Positions 13,773-30,448 of a stretch of DNA of 64,000 nt are shown here, in pieces. The notes below the pieces were generated by a model. The model made no database searches. It was not told the origin of the DNA and saw only the letters and a list, made by a program, of their open reading frames with translations. The translations under genes were made by a program, and so were the position numbers. The stretch's first letter is position 1, and the number at the start of each line of letters is the position of its first letter. The DNA is from the human T2T-CHM13v2.0 reference genome, Homo sapiens: NCBI RefSeq assembly GCF_009914755.1, contig NC_060925.1; one strand, given 5' to 3'.

Positions 13773-16339
13773 TAGGAAGGGGAGGCACTGGATGTTAACG
13801 GTGTCAAATGTGCCAAAATCTTCTCTGTGGTTTTTCCCCAGAGTCTCCCCCTCCAGGGCCACCTGAAAATCCTCAGCCCTGGACAATGCAAGATTTTTTT
13901 TGACTGAGGATCACTGTGCTCCTTCTAGATCCACCAGAAAGTGCCAGGCAGTCTGATAGGTCCTGGTTTGACTTACTTCTAGCAAGACCTTCACCTGGTT
14001 GGCAGGAGTAGATATGGGGGTCACTTGGATGACAGGGACTCCAGTCCAGACCCCATTCTACCTCATTCCCTCCTGCAAAGTTCAATCCTCACAGTCCTAT
14101 GAGGCTGTGGCAAGTGCAGAGACAGAACTGCACCATATCCAACGTGCCTCCCTTCCCCTGGCCTCACACCAAGTCTCCCTCCCTCTGACATGTCCCTTGT
14201 CTTTGCATCCAGGGTGGATGTTTGCCATTGACTCTCTCTCCCCATGTCTCCCTGCTAGACTGACTCTTTGCCCCTGGGGTGAGATGGGGCAGCCACTGGA
14301 ACCTCATGTAGACCAGGGTGAAATCAAAGGGCCTTAGAAACTCACAGCTCCACATCCAGGCACAGGTCCTTTGAGGATCTCAGACACAAGTCCACAGCTT
14401 ATCAGGGACGCGGCTCTGTGAAAGCCAAATAACCCGGCCCCCTACCCTGCTGCCATCTCTCTCCTCTGTACTTACTCTGGCCCACATCAGCTCCTCTGGG
14501 CCACTCCCTTTCTGGGCCCTGTTCTTTTCCTTAGTCCTCCTGGCTCCATCCAGCCTGCAGCGAGTTCCCAGACCTCCCCCACCCCAGGCTGCCACAAGCA
14601 CCTTCTTAGGCATCTACTCTGCTTTCAGAGTGAGCTTCTCCTCAGATCTTTATTGGGGAAAAAAGGAGGGGCAGCCCCTGATCTTGGAAAAGACGGTCAC
14701 AAATGCGACCTGGAATGAGATCCTGTTGAGGACTAAAGAAGTCCAGCAGGGCCTGAACAGTGATTTCTACTGTTAGAAACATGGAGAGGGCAAACACCAT
14801 GGGCAAAGAAAGCCCTGACTCAGAAACAGACTCACTGCATTCCAGGTGCAGCCTCGTCAGCTCTAAGACTGGGCAAGGGGATCCTAGAAGGGATGGCCCC
14901 CTGCACTGGGACCTGTCCCAGGCTCTGCCAACAGCCTGGCACTTCTAGGAAAACCAGAGGAGTCAGCTCTTCCTGTGGAAGGCAGACAAACTTCCCCTCC
15001 ATTGGTCCTGGGTGCCTCTTTAGGTCCGGAAGAGCAGCTGAGGAGCTCCCTGCTTTGTGCCTTGCTATGTGCACCCAAAAAGCTCAGTAGAATTTGGGGA
15101 GAATGTATGAGTCACTGCTGATTCCAGGGAGAGTGTCTCTTAGCATTGTTTGTGGCCATAGTCCTCGGTGCAGGAGAGATCGGCTGACATTTCCAGGAAG
15201 CAGAGGATTCAGCTTCTCTCACAGCTCAGGCTGGGGGAGGAAAACAGAAATTCAGAAATATTTTAGAGACCCCAATCAAAAGCCTGGAGAAGCTTTGGAA
15301 TCCCAGTAGAAATTCTGTGAGTGGAATTGAAGTCAGGCCGTCCCTTCAGATGGGCTCTGAAAGCTACTCTGACCTGGACAGCAGAGGAGCACCTTCAGAA
15401 GCACAGGCAACCAGAACATGGTAGAAAGACCCCCCAAACTGCAGGATTCTCACTGGGGTCCTGAGGATGGTGCAGGATTCCCCCAAGAGGTTCATTTTTC
15501 TCCCAAATTCTTCAGATACACAGCTTGCACCATTCATGCTTCCAGATTGAAAAGTCTCCCTCCTTATGTCTGACCACACTGCTCCTCTCTGGGCTCTGCC
15601 CCAGCTCACACACTCAGATTCACTCTTCCCAAGCTGGTATTCTGAGGGAAGCCCATCCTGTTTGCGAGTAATGATGCTTCACCTTCCAGTAGCAGTCAAG
15701 ACTGTGTCTGCCCTCTCTGCCCTCAAAGACACTGTGATGTTTTACGAGTCTGCATTATGTCTTTTGTAATTAGGTTTTTTTAATTTTTAAACTCAATGTA
15801 GAAGGAAGTCTTTCAATCCTTTTGTCTAGATGCCCACAAAATACCTGCCATGTTTTATGTTGTCTTGGTTCCCTCCTAGGGTCCCATTAGAACAGTCAGT
15901 ACTGTCCAGCCCAACCTCCACCTCACTTTGTAATTTAGGCCTGATTTCTTTCAGTGATGCCTTGACCTTAACCTTGAGATAAATTACACCCTCAGTAGTT
16001 CCTGTCTTCCACCTGAATGGGCATATGATCTACCATGTTAGGTAGCGCAAAACCCAGGTGACCAGTGGATACACTGAGATTTTTATTGTGTTTTTAGGGA
16101 TGACATCACTGTCTTCTTAAAGCTGTTTTAACTCTGAAAAGTTTTGATACTTTTGATGTGGCCAAAGGTTCTCCAATAAAGATACCATATATAAATATAT
16201 GTATTTCTAATGTCTGAAACAGATTAAAACCTTCCCTGTATCACTATGAAGGTCACATATTGGTAAAACTTTACCAATATTTATGGAATAAGTGAATAAA
16301 TGAGTTTTAGTCCTTCACCCTATTATTAATTCTTTCACT

Positions 16340-16601
16340 TTCATAAATCCATATCTAATTTAATCACTTAATAAGAAGAAAGTTGAAAACTCAATCACCG
16401 TTAACTGGGTGGAAGTTCAGGATCCAGTTGGATGTCATTTTTGGATTGGAAGTTGGTAATTGAGAAGGGGGTTGTGGTGAGAAAAGTCAATAAAACTCCT
16501 GAAGATGCACAGAAGAGACCCAAAGCCCTGGCTCCTGGAGCTACTGCTTGATTCTCAGAGAGGTCCCAGCACCCTGCAAAGTGAGTCCAGATCTGGCAAG
16601 T
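16340..16601 (+). promoter_or_regulatory. Orphan PRAMEF promoter plus non-coding exon-1 module with a consensus DUX4-type site
   Basis: Homologous to 54640-55220 (ttaactgggtggaa...ctgcaaagtgagtccagatctgg). TAATTTAATCA at 16356-16366. No PRAMEF coding exon follows on the + strand. Confidence 0.7.
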
Positions 16602-17053
16602 CACCACTTATTAGGGATGTGCCCGTTTGATCTGATGTTCTGTATAGCATGTCACACAAAAGTCTGGAAGACACTAGCACATACACTGCGAAGAGAAGTC
16701 TCAAAAAAAGGGAAGGTTATAGAAGACACTTGCTCTGTGTTTTTGGAATGTTTTGCGTTGAGAATTCTGTCCAGAGAAGGGAAAAAGAATGAAAAACAAA
16801 GGAAGCTCACCCACATGTACCTCTATGTACCTTTTACCATGCTGGACTTTCTTTTGTTTTGTTTTCTTTTCTCTCTCTCTCTCTTTTTTTTTTTTTTGAT
16901 ATGGCATCTCGCTCTGTTGCCCAGGCTGGAGTGCAGTGGCACGATCTTTGATCACTGTAACCTCCACCTCCTGGGTTCAAGCAATTCTCCTCCCTCGGCC
17001 TCCCCAGTAGTTGGGATGATACTTGCCACCACGCCCAGTTAATTTTTGTATTT

Positions 17054-17326
17054 GTTTTTATTATACTTTAAGTTTTAGGGTACATGTGCACAATGTGCAG
17101 GTTAGTTACACATGTATACATGTGCCATGTTGGTGTGCTGCACCCAGTAACTTGTCATTTAACATTAGGTATATCTCCAAATGCTATCCCTCCCCACTCC
17201 CCACACAACAGGCCCCAGTGTGTGATGTTCCTCTTCCTGTGTCCATGTGTTCTCATTGTTCAATTCCCATCCTATCACAAGGACAAAAAAACAAACACCG
17301 CATGTTCTCACTCATAGGTGGGAATT
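17054..17326 (-). mobile_element. Short L1PA 3' insertion with 5' inversion, nested in an antisense Alu (about 16885-17457)
   Basis: Antisense L1 3'UTR at 17054-17269, then sense L1 at 17272-17326. Flanked by aatttttgt(a/g)ttt on both sides. Confidence 0.82.
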
Positions 17327-17934
17327 TTTGTGTTTTTAATAGATACAGAGTTTCACCGTGTTGCCCAGACTGGTCTCGAACTCCTGACCTGAAGTGATCC
17401 ATGCGCCTCAGTCTCCCAAAGTGCTGGGATTACAGACGTGAGCCACCACACCGGGCCAATTGCTGGACTCTCATGTCACACATGGATATGGTATCACAAA
17501 GGCAATTTTTTCCATAATCCAATGTATTTATATTATTGGTAGTGAGCTAATGTTGACGTCCCTAAGTTAGCAATTCAGTGGCTATACCCATGACAAACGT
17601 TTCCATGCATCACGTGGTCAACAGCATTTGCTCCTGGGTTCAAGAGATTCTCTTGCCTCAGCCTCCTGACTATCTGGGATTACAGGGGCCCGTCACCACA
17701 CCAGGCTAATTTTTTGTATTTTTAGTAGGGACGGGTTTTTACCACATTGGCCAGGCTGCTCTCAAATTCCTGACCTCGTGATCTGCCTGCCTCGGCCTCC
17801 CAAAGTGCTGGGATTACAGGCGTGAGCCACCACGCCTGGCCATTAACCATTCTTAAAATATCACATTGCATTCTTTAAAAGTTTTATATCTTTCATATAC
17901 ATAAATTACAACACAAATATTTATACTCAACTAG

Positions 17935-18113
<179 letters not shown>

Positions 18114-20283
18114 TGAGTAGAGACGGGGTTTCACCATGTTGGCCAGGCTGGTCTCAAAATCCTGACCTGAAGTGATCTGCCCGCCTCAGCCTCCCAAAAT
18201 GCTGGGATTACAGGTGTGAGACACCAAGCCTGGCCATGACAATGGCCTCAGCCTCCCAAAGTGCTGGGATTACAGACACGAGCCACCGCTCCTGGCTCAT
18301 AATAGTAAATTTAAAAAAATACCATATAATATAATCCTTGCAACATTAAATTACACCATCTGATCTGATCTACCAGCAGATGGCACCCGAGACCTATGGA
18401 TTGGACATTTTACTCTTCTTAGGAATGAATCCAGTCCAGAAATGCCCACCCTGCCCCCTGCTGGCTCCTGGGGCTCTGCTCTTTGGGGGAGTCATGATGA
18501 AGTTGTGGCAGAGGGTAGAAGATGAGCCCCATTGCATGCCCTGGGTTCTTGTTGCCTCCCTGTTATCAGGAATAGGAGGTGAGATAGATTGAAAGATGAA
18601 AATTGCTGGGAGTTCTGCTGAGAAGAGAAAAAAGAACAAGATGTATTCATCTAACTGTATGCCAGTCCCCATGCCAAGCCCTAAACATGAACCATCTTAT
18701 TGGATCCTTGCAGGGTCCTATAAGCCGTTGGACATCATCCTCATTTTACAGGGACCTGAGGCTCTTGGTTAAGATCCCTGACAGCAATACCAGCCCCTGA
18801 ATCCTCAGCAGGATCCTTCACTTGGGTGCCCATTATGCAGGCTTCCTCAGCACAGGGAAGGTCACTCATCACCCACAGGCACTTGATTGTTATCCACCCT
18901 TTGATGATGTGAGATTCCAGAACACGCTGCACTGGTCTCTTCCTTGATAGGGAGAGAGGGGAGGTGTTATGAGAAAATCTCTCATCGATCTGACCTAGCT
19001 CCCTAATAAGAAGTAACTTTTTAAATGTCAGATGGAAATATTTAAAAAGTGTTACATACCTGTGTAGTTTTAGTATTTTACTTAAAGGGAATGTGGCTGT
19101 CTTTACTGGCTACAACCAGTTTAATTCAAGAAGGGCTGCTGGTCATCAGAACAAGCAAGGGTTGGTGCTGCCCAGAGTCTCCAGCTAATACACAATATGG
19201 ACATCCCCTTCCAGGGCAGCGGGAAGAGAGTGGCTCCTTGTGCAGTGAAGCTGACATCCACCAACTAAGGCTTCTGGAACCATGTGGAGACTCACAAGGA
19301 GTGGGCAGGGTCTCAGCATCTGGCTAGCAGTGAAAGACCCTGAGAAGAAGGTGCTTTCCACGTGGATTGGCTCACTGTTCTTGCCCAGTAATGTTCCAGA
19401 CCCTTGGTTTCCACCTGGTGTGTATTAACCCACTGAACAGCCACAGAAACTAACAAGGAATTAACAGACATCTAAAGAAGTGAAGAACTGGAGGAGGCCA
19501 AGCCAATCGTGGTGGTCCACGCCTATACTCCCTGCATTTTGGGAGGCCAAGGCAGGAGAATCACAAGCTCAGGAGTTCCAGATCAGCCTGGGCAAGACAG
19601 CGAGACCTTGTCACCACTTAAAAAAACAAGCAAACAGGCATGGTTGCTCACACGCCTGTAGTCCTAGCTCCTCAGGAGGCTGAGGTGGGAGGATCGCTTG
19701 AACCCAGGAAATTGAGGCTGTAGTGAGCTATGATTGTGCCGCTGCACTCTAGCCTGAGTGACAGGAGACCTTTAAAAAACAAAAACAAAAACAAGCCTGA
19801 CACAGTGGCTCACGCCTGTAATCCCAGCACTTTGGTAGGCCTACTTGCGTGGATCACCCAAAGTCAGGAGTTTGAGAACAGTCTGACCAACATAGTGAGG
19901 AAACCCTGTCGCTACTAAACATACAAAAATTAGCTGGGCATGGTGGTGCATGCCTGTAATCTCAGCTACTTGGGAGGCTGAGGCAGGAGAATCATTTAAA
20001 CCCCAGGTGGAGGTTGCAGTCAGCTGAGATGGCACCATTGCACTCTAAACTCCAACCTGGTCAACAAGAGTGAAACTCTGTCTCAAATAAAAGAATGGGA
20101 GGAAACTGATTACAATAACCAAATTTCATTTAAATGCCTTGATTTTCTTGGGTAGCATCTTATTGATTGGACAACTCAGTGCCTTTTGTTTTTTCCATCA
20201 ATAACTGAAGATTCCTGAGGCTTAAACTGGAAAACAGGTTACTTAATAATAGAGGGCACCAGACAGTTACCACTCAGTTTTCC

Positions 20284-20289
20284 TTTATT
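20284..20289 (-). terminator. Polyadenylation signal of the PRAMEF6-type gene
   Basis: tttatt on + equals AATAAA on -, about 310 nt past the stop, in the same context as the PRAMEF7 site. Confidence 0.65.
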
Positions 20290-20596
20290 TCTGATTGTTT
20301 CTTTACAACCATGCATCCAAGAGTAACTCCCTCAAGTATTCTCAAGCCTCCACTCTAGACATTCAAATTCCCATTTTCCACTCTACAGGACACAGGTCCC
20401 CAAAGTCCCATCGAATCCATGGCAACACTTCCCCCAAGTCCTGCCCCTGCTTGATCACCTTTCCTTTCCCACTTTCAGAGCCCATGTGTGAAATGATGGG
20501 TTCTGTGCTCCCTATAGGATGTACCTAAGACCTAGGTTTTAGTTTCCAAGTGTCCAGAAGAAAGCGTTTGACATATCCACCCAAATAGGCAGGCAT

Positions 20597-21193
<597 letters not shown>

Positions 21194-21291
21194 TCATAGG
21201 GGTGAGTGGAGGGTGGTGGGGAATGGCTTCAAGGTAATGGATGGAGACCATTTTGCCCAAGTCCAGGGTCATTCTGATGGCCTGATGGTCA

Positions 21292-21675
<384 letters not shown>

Positions 21676-22129
21676 TCACCATCATTTATAGGAATGGATC
21701 AAGTTCACAGAATCCCTAAAGCTCCCTTTCCTCATCTGTCAGGCAGAAAACCACATCCCTGGGCCACAGGAGCCCAGTGGAGATTCAGGCATAAAGGACA
21801 AACCCAGACAGGATCCTGCAACATCAGCTACGGTGGGCGGGCTGCAGGCGTCCCTGACAAGCCTGTATCATCAGCAAACCATCTATCACTTTCACCATTC
21901 TTTGTGCCTGCTCCCTGACCCTCTGTTTCAGAATCATGCATTTCCTAGGTAATTAATTTACCTGGAGCTCAAAAGAAACTTTTACAACACGGAATTAGAG
22001 ATGGGATCATTCATGTTCACGAAACTGTGGGGCACAAAGCTGATTTTCTGACATGTGCAGGTTTGCTGAGCATTCCCCTCTTCAGTGCCCACTTCACTTC
22101 CCTACTTCACATCATCTTCTTAAAAATTA

Positions 22130-22255
<126 letters not shown>

Positions 22256-22904
22256 TTAAAATATAAAAATTAGCCAGGTGTGGTGGCTCACGCCTGTAAT
22301 CCCAGGCACTCAGGAGGCTGAGGCAGGAGAATCGCTTGAACCTGGGAGGCAGAAGTTGCTGTGAGCTGAGATGTCACAACTGCACTGTAGCCTGGACGAT
22401 CAAAGTGACACTCCATCTCAGAAAAGAAAGTTATCTTGTTTGTTTTTACTTTTATTTATTCATTTCTGACAGGGGTCTTGGTATGTTACCCAGACTGGTC
22501 TTAAACTCCTAGGCTCAAGCTATCCTCTTGCCTCAGACTCCCAAACTGCTAGGATTACAGGCATGAGCCACCGCCCCTGGCCTATTTTTCATCATCTTAA
22601 CTTAGACACACATCCTCAGGAAGAATTCAGAAAGGCACCCTCACTAGATCTGAACCCCCCAGGAGCTAGCTTCCTAGCATGGCAGCCTCTCCATAGCATC
22701 TCCCCTAGCTGATCCCTCTGCCTCTATTGGGAGGGTTGCATGATACCCATTTCAGGACAGGGCCGCCAACAGGACAATGCATGGACATTCTAGTGTCCCC
22801 TTCACTGTTTCATCCTCATAGGCTGGCTCACAGTAGATGCCCACTAGTGTTGACTGTAACAGGCTCTGCTGTGGTCTGCAGAGAAAGCTCACCACCCTCC
22901 CTCA

Positions 22905-23525
<621 letters not shown>

Positions 23526-23559
23526 TCATTTCTGAACTTAAACTCCACATCCTGCATAG

Positions 23560-23997
<438 letters not shown>

Positions 23998-24152
23998 TGA
24001 GCAGTGCTTTCCCTGAGGAGCTGGTGAATGGCCAAGTCCTCTCGGCTTCCTCACCACCAGCATCCCCCTTGGGCCTCCTCACTTGTCATGACACAGCTCT
24101 TCCTTTGGTTGGATACCTGGGCCCTCCCCACCAGCCCACCTGGGCCACCTCA

Positions 24153-24575
<423 letters not shown>

Positions 24576-26208
24576 TTACTCCAATTCTGCCCTGTACTCA
24601 GTGGCCATTAAGCCAGCATTCTGCCTCTGCTGCATCAGCATGAGCGTCTCCGAAGCAGTGAGGAAGCAGGGCCACCACGAGCCCTTCCTTTCTATCCAGT
24701 GCTCCATCCAGTGACTAGTGAGTGTGGAGGAACCTGAAAGTGAACCCCTCCTACCATTGGGGGAAATTACTAATTACTCAAGGTTCTAAAACAATGGGAA
24801 TGGGAGTGTCACAAGCCTACATGCCCACATTTTCAGTTCCTACAAATAAGTTTGTTGGGAACATTCATGGGGCATCCCTAGAACAGGTTCTATTTGTTTT
24901 CTTTTCATTATTTAAGCTTGCTTTCTCTTTCTCTCTCTTTCTTCTTTCCTTCTTTCCCTCTCTCCCTCCCTTCTTTCTTTCTTTCCTCCTCTCTCTCCCT
25001 CTTTCTTTCTTTCCCCCTCTCTCTGCCTTCTTTCTTTCTTGTCTTCTTTCCCTGCATCCCTTCTCTCATTCTCTCTCTCTTTCTCTCTCTCCCTCTCTCA
25101 CTCTTTCTGACAGGGTCTTGCTCTGTCACCCAGCCTGGAGTGTAGTGGTGGGATCTCAGCTCAGTGCAGCCTTGACCTCCCAGCTCAAAGGATTCTTCCT
25201 CCTCAGCCTCCCAAGTAGCTGGGACCACAGTTATGCAACACCACACCCAGCTCATCTTTTATTTTTTGACTTTTTGTAAAGACAGTGGATTTCGCTATGT
25301 TGTCCAAGCTGGTCTTGAACTCCTAGTCTCAAGCAATCTACCCCTCTTGGCCTCCCAACATACTGGGATTATAGGTGTGAGCCTCCACCCCTGCCTCATT
25401 ATTGAAAATTTCAGTGAGAAGCTCTGAAAGCTATGTGACACTGTTATGCATTACTCACAAGATAGATGTTTCCAATGCACACCTCTTACACATATTCAAA
25501 GTGAACCACTTTGGCTGGGTGCAGTGACTCACACCTGTAATCTGAGCATTTTGTGAGGCCGAGGCAGGTGGATCATCTGAGATCAGGAGTTCAAGACGAG
25601 CCTGGCCAACATGGTAAAACCCTGCCTCTACTAAGACAGCAAAAATTAGCCAGGTGCAGTGGTCTGCGCCTGTAGTCCAAGCTACTAGGGAGGCTGAGGT
25701 AGGAGGATCGCTTGAATCCAGGAGGCAGAAGTTGCAGTGAGCTGACATTATACCACTCCACTCCAGCCTAGGAAATAGGCTAGATTGAACAGAGAGACAG
25801 AGAGCTACATTTGATTAGAATTCTTAATCTCTACCCAGTTAATCCTGATTGGATTTTTGCCTTTCTTAAATATTAACTGATCAAATTAGATATTCATTCA
25901 TCAAAATGAAAGATTTAGGGATAGGGTGAAAGTCTAGGACTCATTCACTGATTCCCTTCACAAACATGGGGTTTTACTAATATGTGTCCTTCAAAGTCCT
26001 GAGTGTGAGATAGGGAAGGGTTGAACCTCTTCCTGATATTAGACAGAAAGAAAGAAAACTTGAAAGTATCTTTGTTGAGGGATCCTTGGCCATGCCAAGT
26101 TTATCAAAATATTTCAGAGTTAAAACAGTTTTCAAAGACAGAGATGACAGTCCCTAAGAAAACACAATAGAAATCTTCATATATCCAATGATCACCTAGG
26201 TGGCATAA

Positions 26209-26430
<222 letters not shown>

Positions 26431-27272
26431 TGATTGATTTTGTTTTTGTTTTTTGGACAGGGTGTCTCTCTTTTGCCCAGGCTGGAGTACAGGAGTGGTA
26501 TGAGCATGGCTCACTGCAGCCTCAATCTTCTGGTCTCAAGTGATTCTCCCACACCAGACACCCAAATAACTGGGACTACAGATGCATGTCACCATGCTCG
26601 GCTAATTAAAAAAAAAAAAAGTAGAGGCCAAGCACCAGTGACTCACAGCTGTAATCCCAGCACTTTGGGAGGCCAAAGCAGGTGGATCACTTGAGGTCAG
26701 GTGTTCGAGACCAACCTGGCCAGCATGGTGAAACCCCACCTCTACTAAAAATACAAAAATTAGCCAGGCATGGTTTCAGATGTCTGTGACACCAGCTTCT
26801 GAGGATGGAGACTGAGGCATGAGAATTGCTTGAACCCGGGAGATAAAGGTTGCAGTGATTTGAGATCGTGCCACTGCACTCCAGTCTGGGCAACACAGTG
26901 AGACTCCATCCCCACCCTCAAAAAAAAAAAACGTTGTGTAGAGGAGGGCTTTTGTCATGTTGCCCAGGTTGGTCTCAAACCCCTGGGCTGAAATGATCCT
27001 CCCACTTTGGCCTCCCAAAGTGTTGGGGTTAAAGGCATGAGTTATTGCTCCCTTCAAGAATTTTAAAATGGCATCAACCAAAGCACAATCAACTTTTTTG
27101 AAATAAAGACAGAACTGCATTTAGAGGAAAACATTCAAAGCTTCAAATTGTTCATATGAAAAAAAAAAAGGACAGGATATAGCTCTGTGCCATCGTAGGC
27201 TGTACTGTCACCACCCCAGACCGACTGACTGTAGGTCAGATGGGAGTGTCCTTACAGAAATTAGTGACTTAC

Positions 27273-27560
27273 CAGATCTGGATGTAGTCTAGAAGGTGCT
27301 CAGTCCTCAGGAAGAACCAAGCAGGAACTCCAGGCTTGAAGACTTTGGGTCTCTCCTGTGGGTCTTTAGAAGCTTTTATTGACCTTTCTAATCACAACTC
27401 CCACCCACGCCCCTGCACATATCCGCAGCTACCTTCCAATCAAAAAATGATATCTGATTGCATTTGTGAAGCTCCACCCAGTTAATCCTGATTGGGTTTT
27501 TGGCTCTCCCCAGATTACCGGATTGAATCAGATGTCCATTCATATCACATATCTATATTC
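27273..27560 (-). promoter_or_regulatory. PRAMEF6 promoter and non-coding exon 1, proximal copy
   Basis: Donor AGATCTG|gtaagt with exon end at 27273. TATA-like caataaaag near 27375. Conserved cccagttaatcctgattgg core at 27477-27495. Confidence 0.7.
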
Positions 27561-27688
27561 ACTTCATGAAGCAAGAAATCGACAGTGTTAGGGATAGGGT
27601 AGAAGTCAAGAATACATTCATTCAAGGCCAGACGAAGTGGCTCACACCTGTAATCCCAGCACTCTGGGACGCAGAGGAAGGTGGATTA

Positions 27689-27892
<204 letters not shown>

Positions 27893-28566
27893 CTAGATTC
27901 AAAAAAAAAAAAAAAAAAAAAAAAAAAGAAAAAGAAAAAGGAGAGAGAGAGAGCTAGATTTGATTCGAATTTACCCAGTTAATCCTGATTGGATTTTTGG
28001 CTTTCTTCCAGATTTACTGATGGAATTAGATATTCACCCATCAAAGTGAAAGATTTAGGGATGGGGTGGAAGCCCAGGACTCATTCACTGATTCCCTTCA
28101 CAAACATGGGGTTTTAGTAATATGTGTCCTTCACAGTCCTGAGTGTGAGATAGGGAAGGGTTGAATCTCTTCCTGATATTAGACAGAAAGAAAAAACTTG
28201 AAAGTATCTTTGTTGAGGGATCCTCGGCCACATCAAATTTATCAAAATATTTCAGAGTTAAAACAGTTTTCAAAGACAGAGTTGACAGTCCCCAAGAACA
28301 CACAATAGAAATCTTCATGTATCCAATGATCACCTGGGTGGTATAATCTAATTTTTTTTGGTGTGGGGGAAGCTGAGTCTCACTTTGTCGCCCAGGCTGG
28401 AGTGCAGCGGCGCCATCTCAGCTCACTGTAACCTCCACCTCTGAGATTCAAGCAATTCTCATGCTTCAGCCTTCCACGTAGCTGGGATTACAGGCATGCA
28501 CCCCCACACCCATGTCTCCATTCGAGTGGAAGAATTACAGTGAGGACGTGATTGGTTTAAAATTAA

Positions 28567-28740
<174 letters not shown>

Positions 28741-29425
28741 TGAAACCATGCTCGGCTAATTAAAAAAAAAAAAAGTAGAGGCCAAGCACCAGTGACTCAC
28801 AGCTGTAATCCCAGCACTTTGGGAGGCCAAGGCAGGTGGATCACTTGAGGTCAGGTGTTCGAGACCAACCTGGCCAGCATGGTGAAACCCCACCTCTACT
28901 AAAAATACAAAAATTAGCCAGGCATGGTTTCAGATGTCTGTGACACCAGCTTCTGAGGATGGAGACTGAGGCATGAGAATTGCTTGAACCCGGGAGGTAA
29001 AGGTTGCAGTGATTTGAGATCGTGCCACTGCACTCCAGTCTGGGCAACACAGTGAGACTCCATCCCCACCCTCAAAAAAAAAAAAACGTTGTGTAGAGGA
29101 GGGCTTTTGTCATGTTGCCCAGGTTGGTCTCAAACCCCTGGGCTGAAATGATCCTCCCACTTTGGCCTCCCAAAGTGTTGGGGTTAAAGGCATGAGTCAT
29201 TGCTCCCTTCACGAATTTTAAAATGGCATCAACCAAAGCACAATCAACTTTTTTGAAATAAAGACAGAACTGCATTTAGAGGAAAACATTCAAGCTTCAA
29301 ATTGTTCATATGAAAAAAAAAAGGACAGGATATAGCTCTGTGCCATCGTAGGCTGCACTGTCACCATCCCAGACCGACTGACTGTAGGTCAGATGGGAGT
29401 GTCCTTACAGAAATTAGTGGCTTAC

Positions 29426-29715
29426 CAGATCTGGATGTAGTCTAGAAGGTGCTCAGTCCTCAGGAAGAACCAGGCAGGAACTCCAGGCTTGAAGACTTTG
29501 GGTCTCTCCTGTGGGTCTTTAGAAGCTTTTATTGACCTTTCTAATCACAACTCCCACCCACGCCCCTGCACATATCCGCTGCTACCTTCCAATCAAAAAA
29601 TGATATCTGATTGCATTTGTGAAGCCCCACCCAGTTAATCCTGATTGGGTTTTTGGCTCTCCCCAGATTACCGGATTGAATCAGATGTCCATTCATATCA
29701 CATATCTATATTCAC
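29426..29715 (-). promoter_or_regulatory. PRAMEF6 promoter and non-coding exon 1, distal copy
   Basis: Donor AGATCTG|gtaagc with exon end at 29426. Same core at 29630-29648. Near-identical to the proximal copy. Confidence 0.72.
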
Positions 29716-29874
29716 TTCATGAAGCAAGAAATTGACAGTGTTAGGGATAGGGTAGAAGTCAAGAATACATTCATTCAAGGGTGGGTGAGGTGGTTCATAG
29801 CTGTAATTCCAGCACTTTGGAAGGACAAGGTGAGTAGATCACCTGATGTCAGGGGTTCAAGACGAGCCAGGTCA

Positions 29875-30078
<204 letters not shown>

Positions 30079-30448
30079 TCATTCATTCATGAACTCCACA
30101 AACACTGATGGTATTTTACTAATATGTGAACTTCATAGTCTTGAGTGACAGGCAGGGAAGGATTTGATCTGTTCCCAACATTAGACAGAAAAATAAAATC
30201 TGAAAGTAGTGTTGTTAGGAGATCTTTGGCCACATCAAAATATAAAAATGCTTTCTACTTTAAAAAGCTTTATAAAAACAGAGGAGTCGTCCCTAGGAAA
30301 TCAGAATAAAAATCTCAATGTATTGAATGGTCTTCGGGATTTTGTATAACCTAAGGTAGCAGATTACATGCTCGTTCTGGTGGAGGAGAGGTGCCACTGA
30401 GGGCGTGAGTGGTCTCAGGGCTTAGGTTAAGTCTTCTTTGGAAGAAAT

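Noticed and set aside
24722-25279. 185-aa hydrophobic ORF (similar case at 43564-44124)
   Set aside because: Pyrimidine-rich simple repeat plus Alu; a low-complexity artefact.
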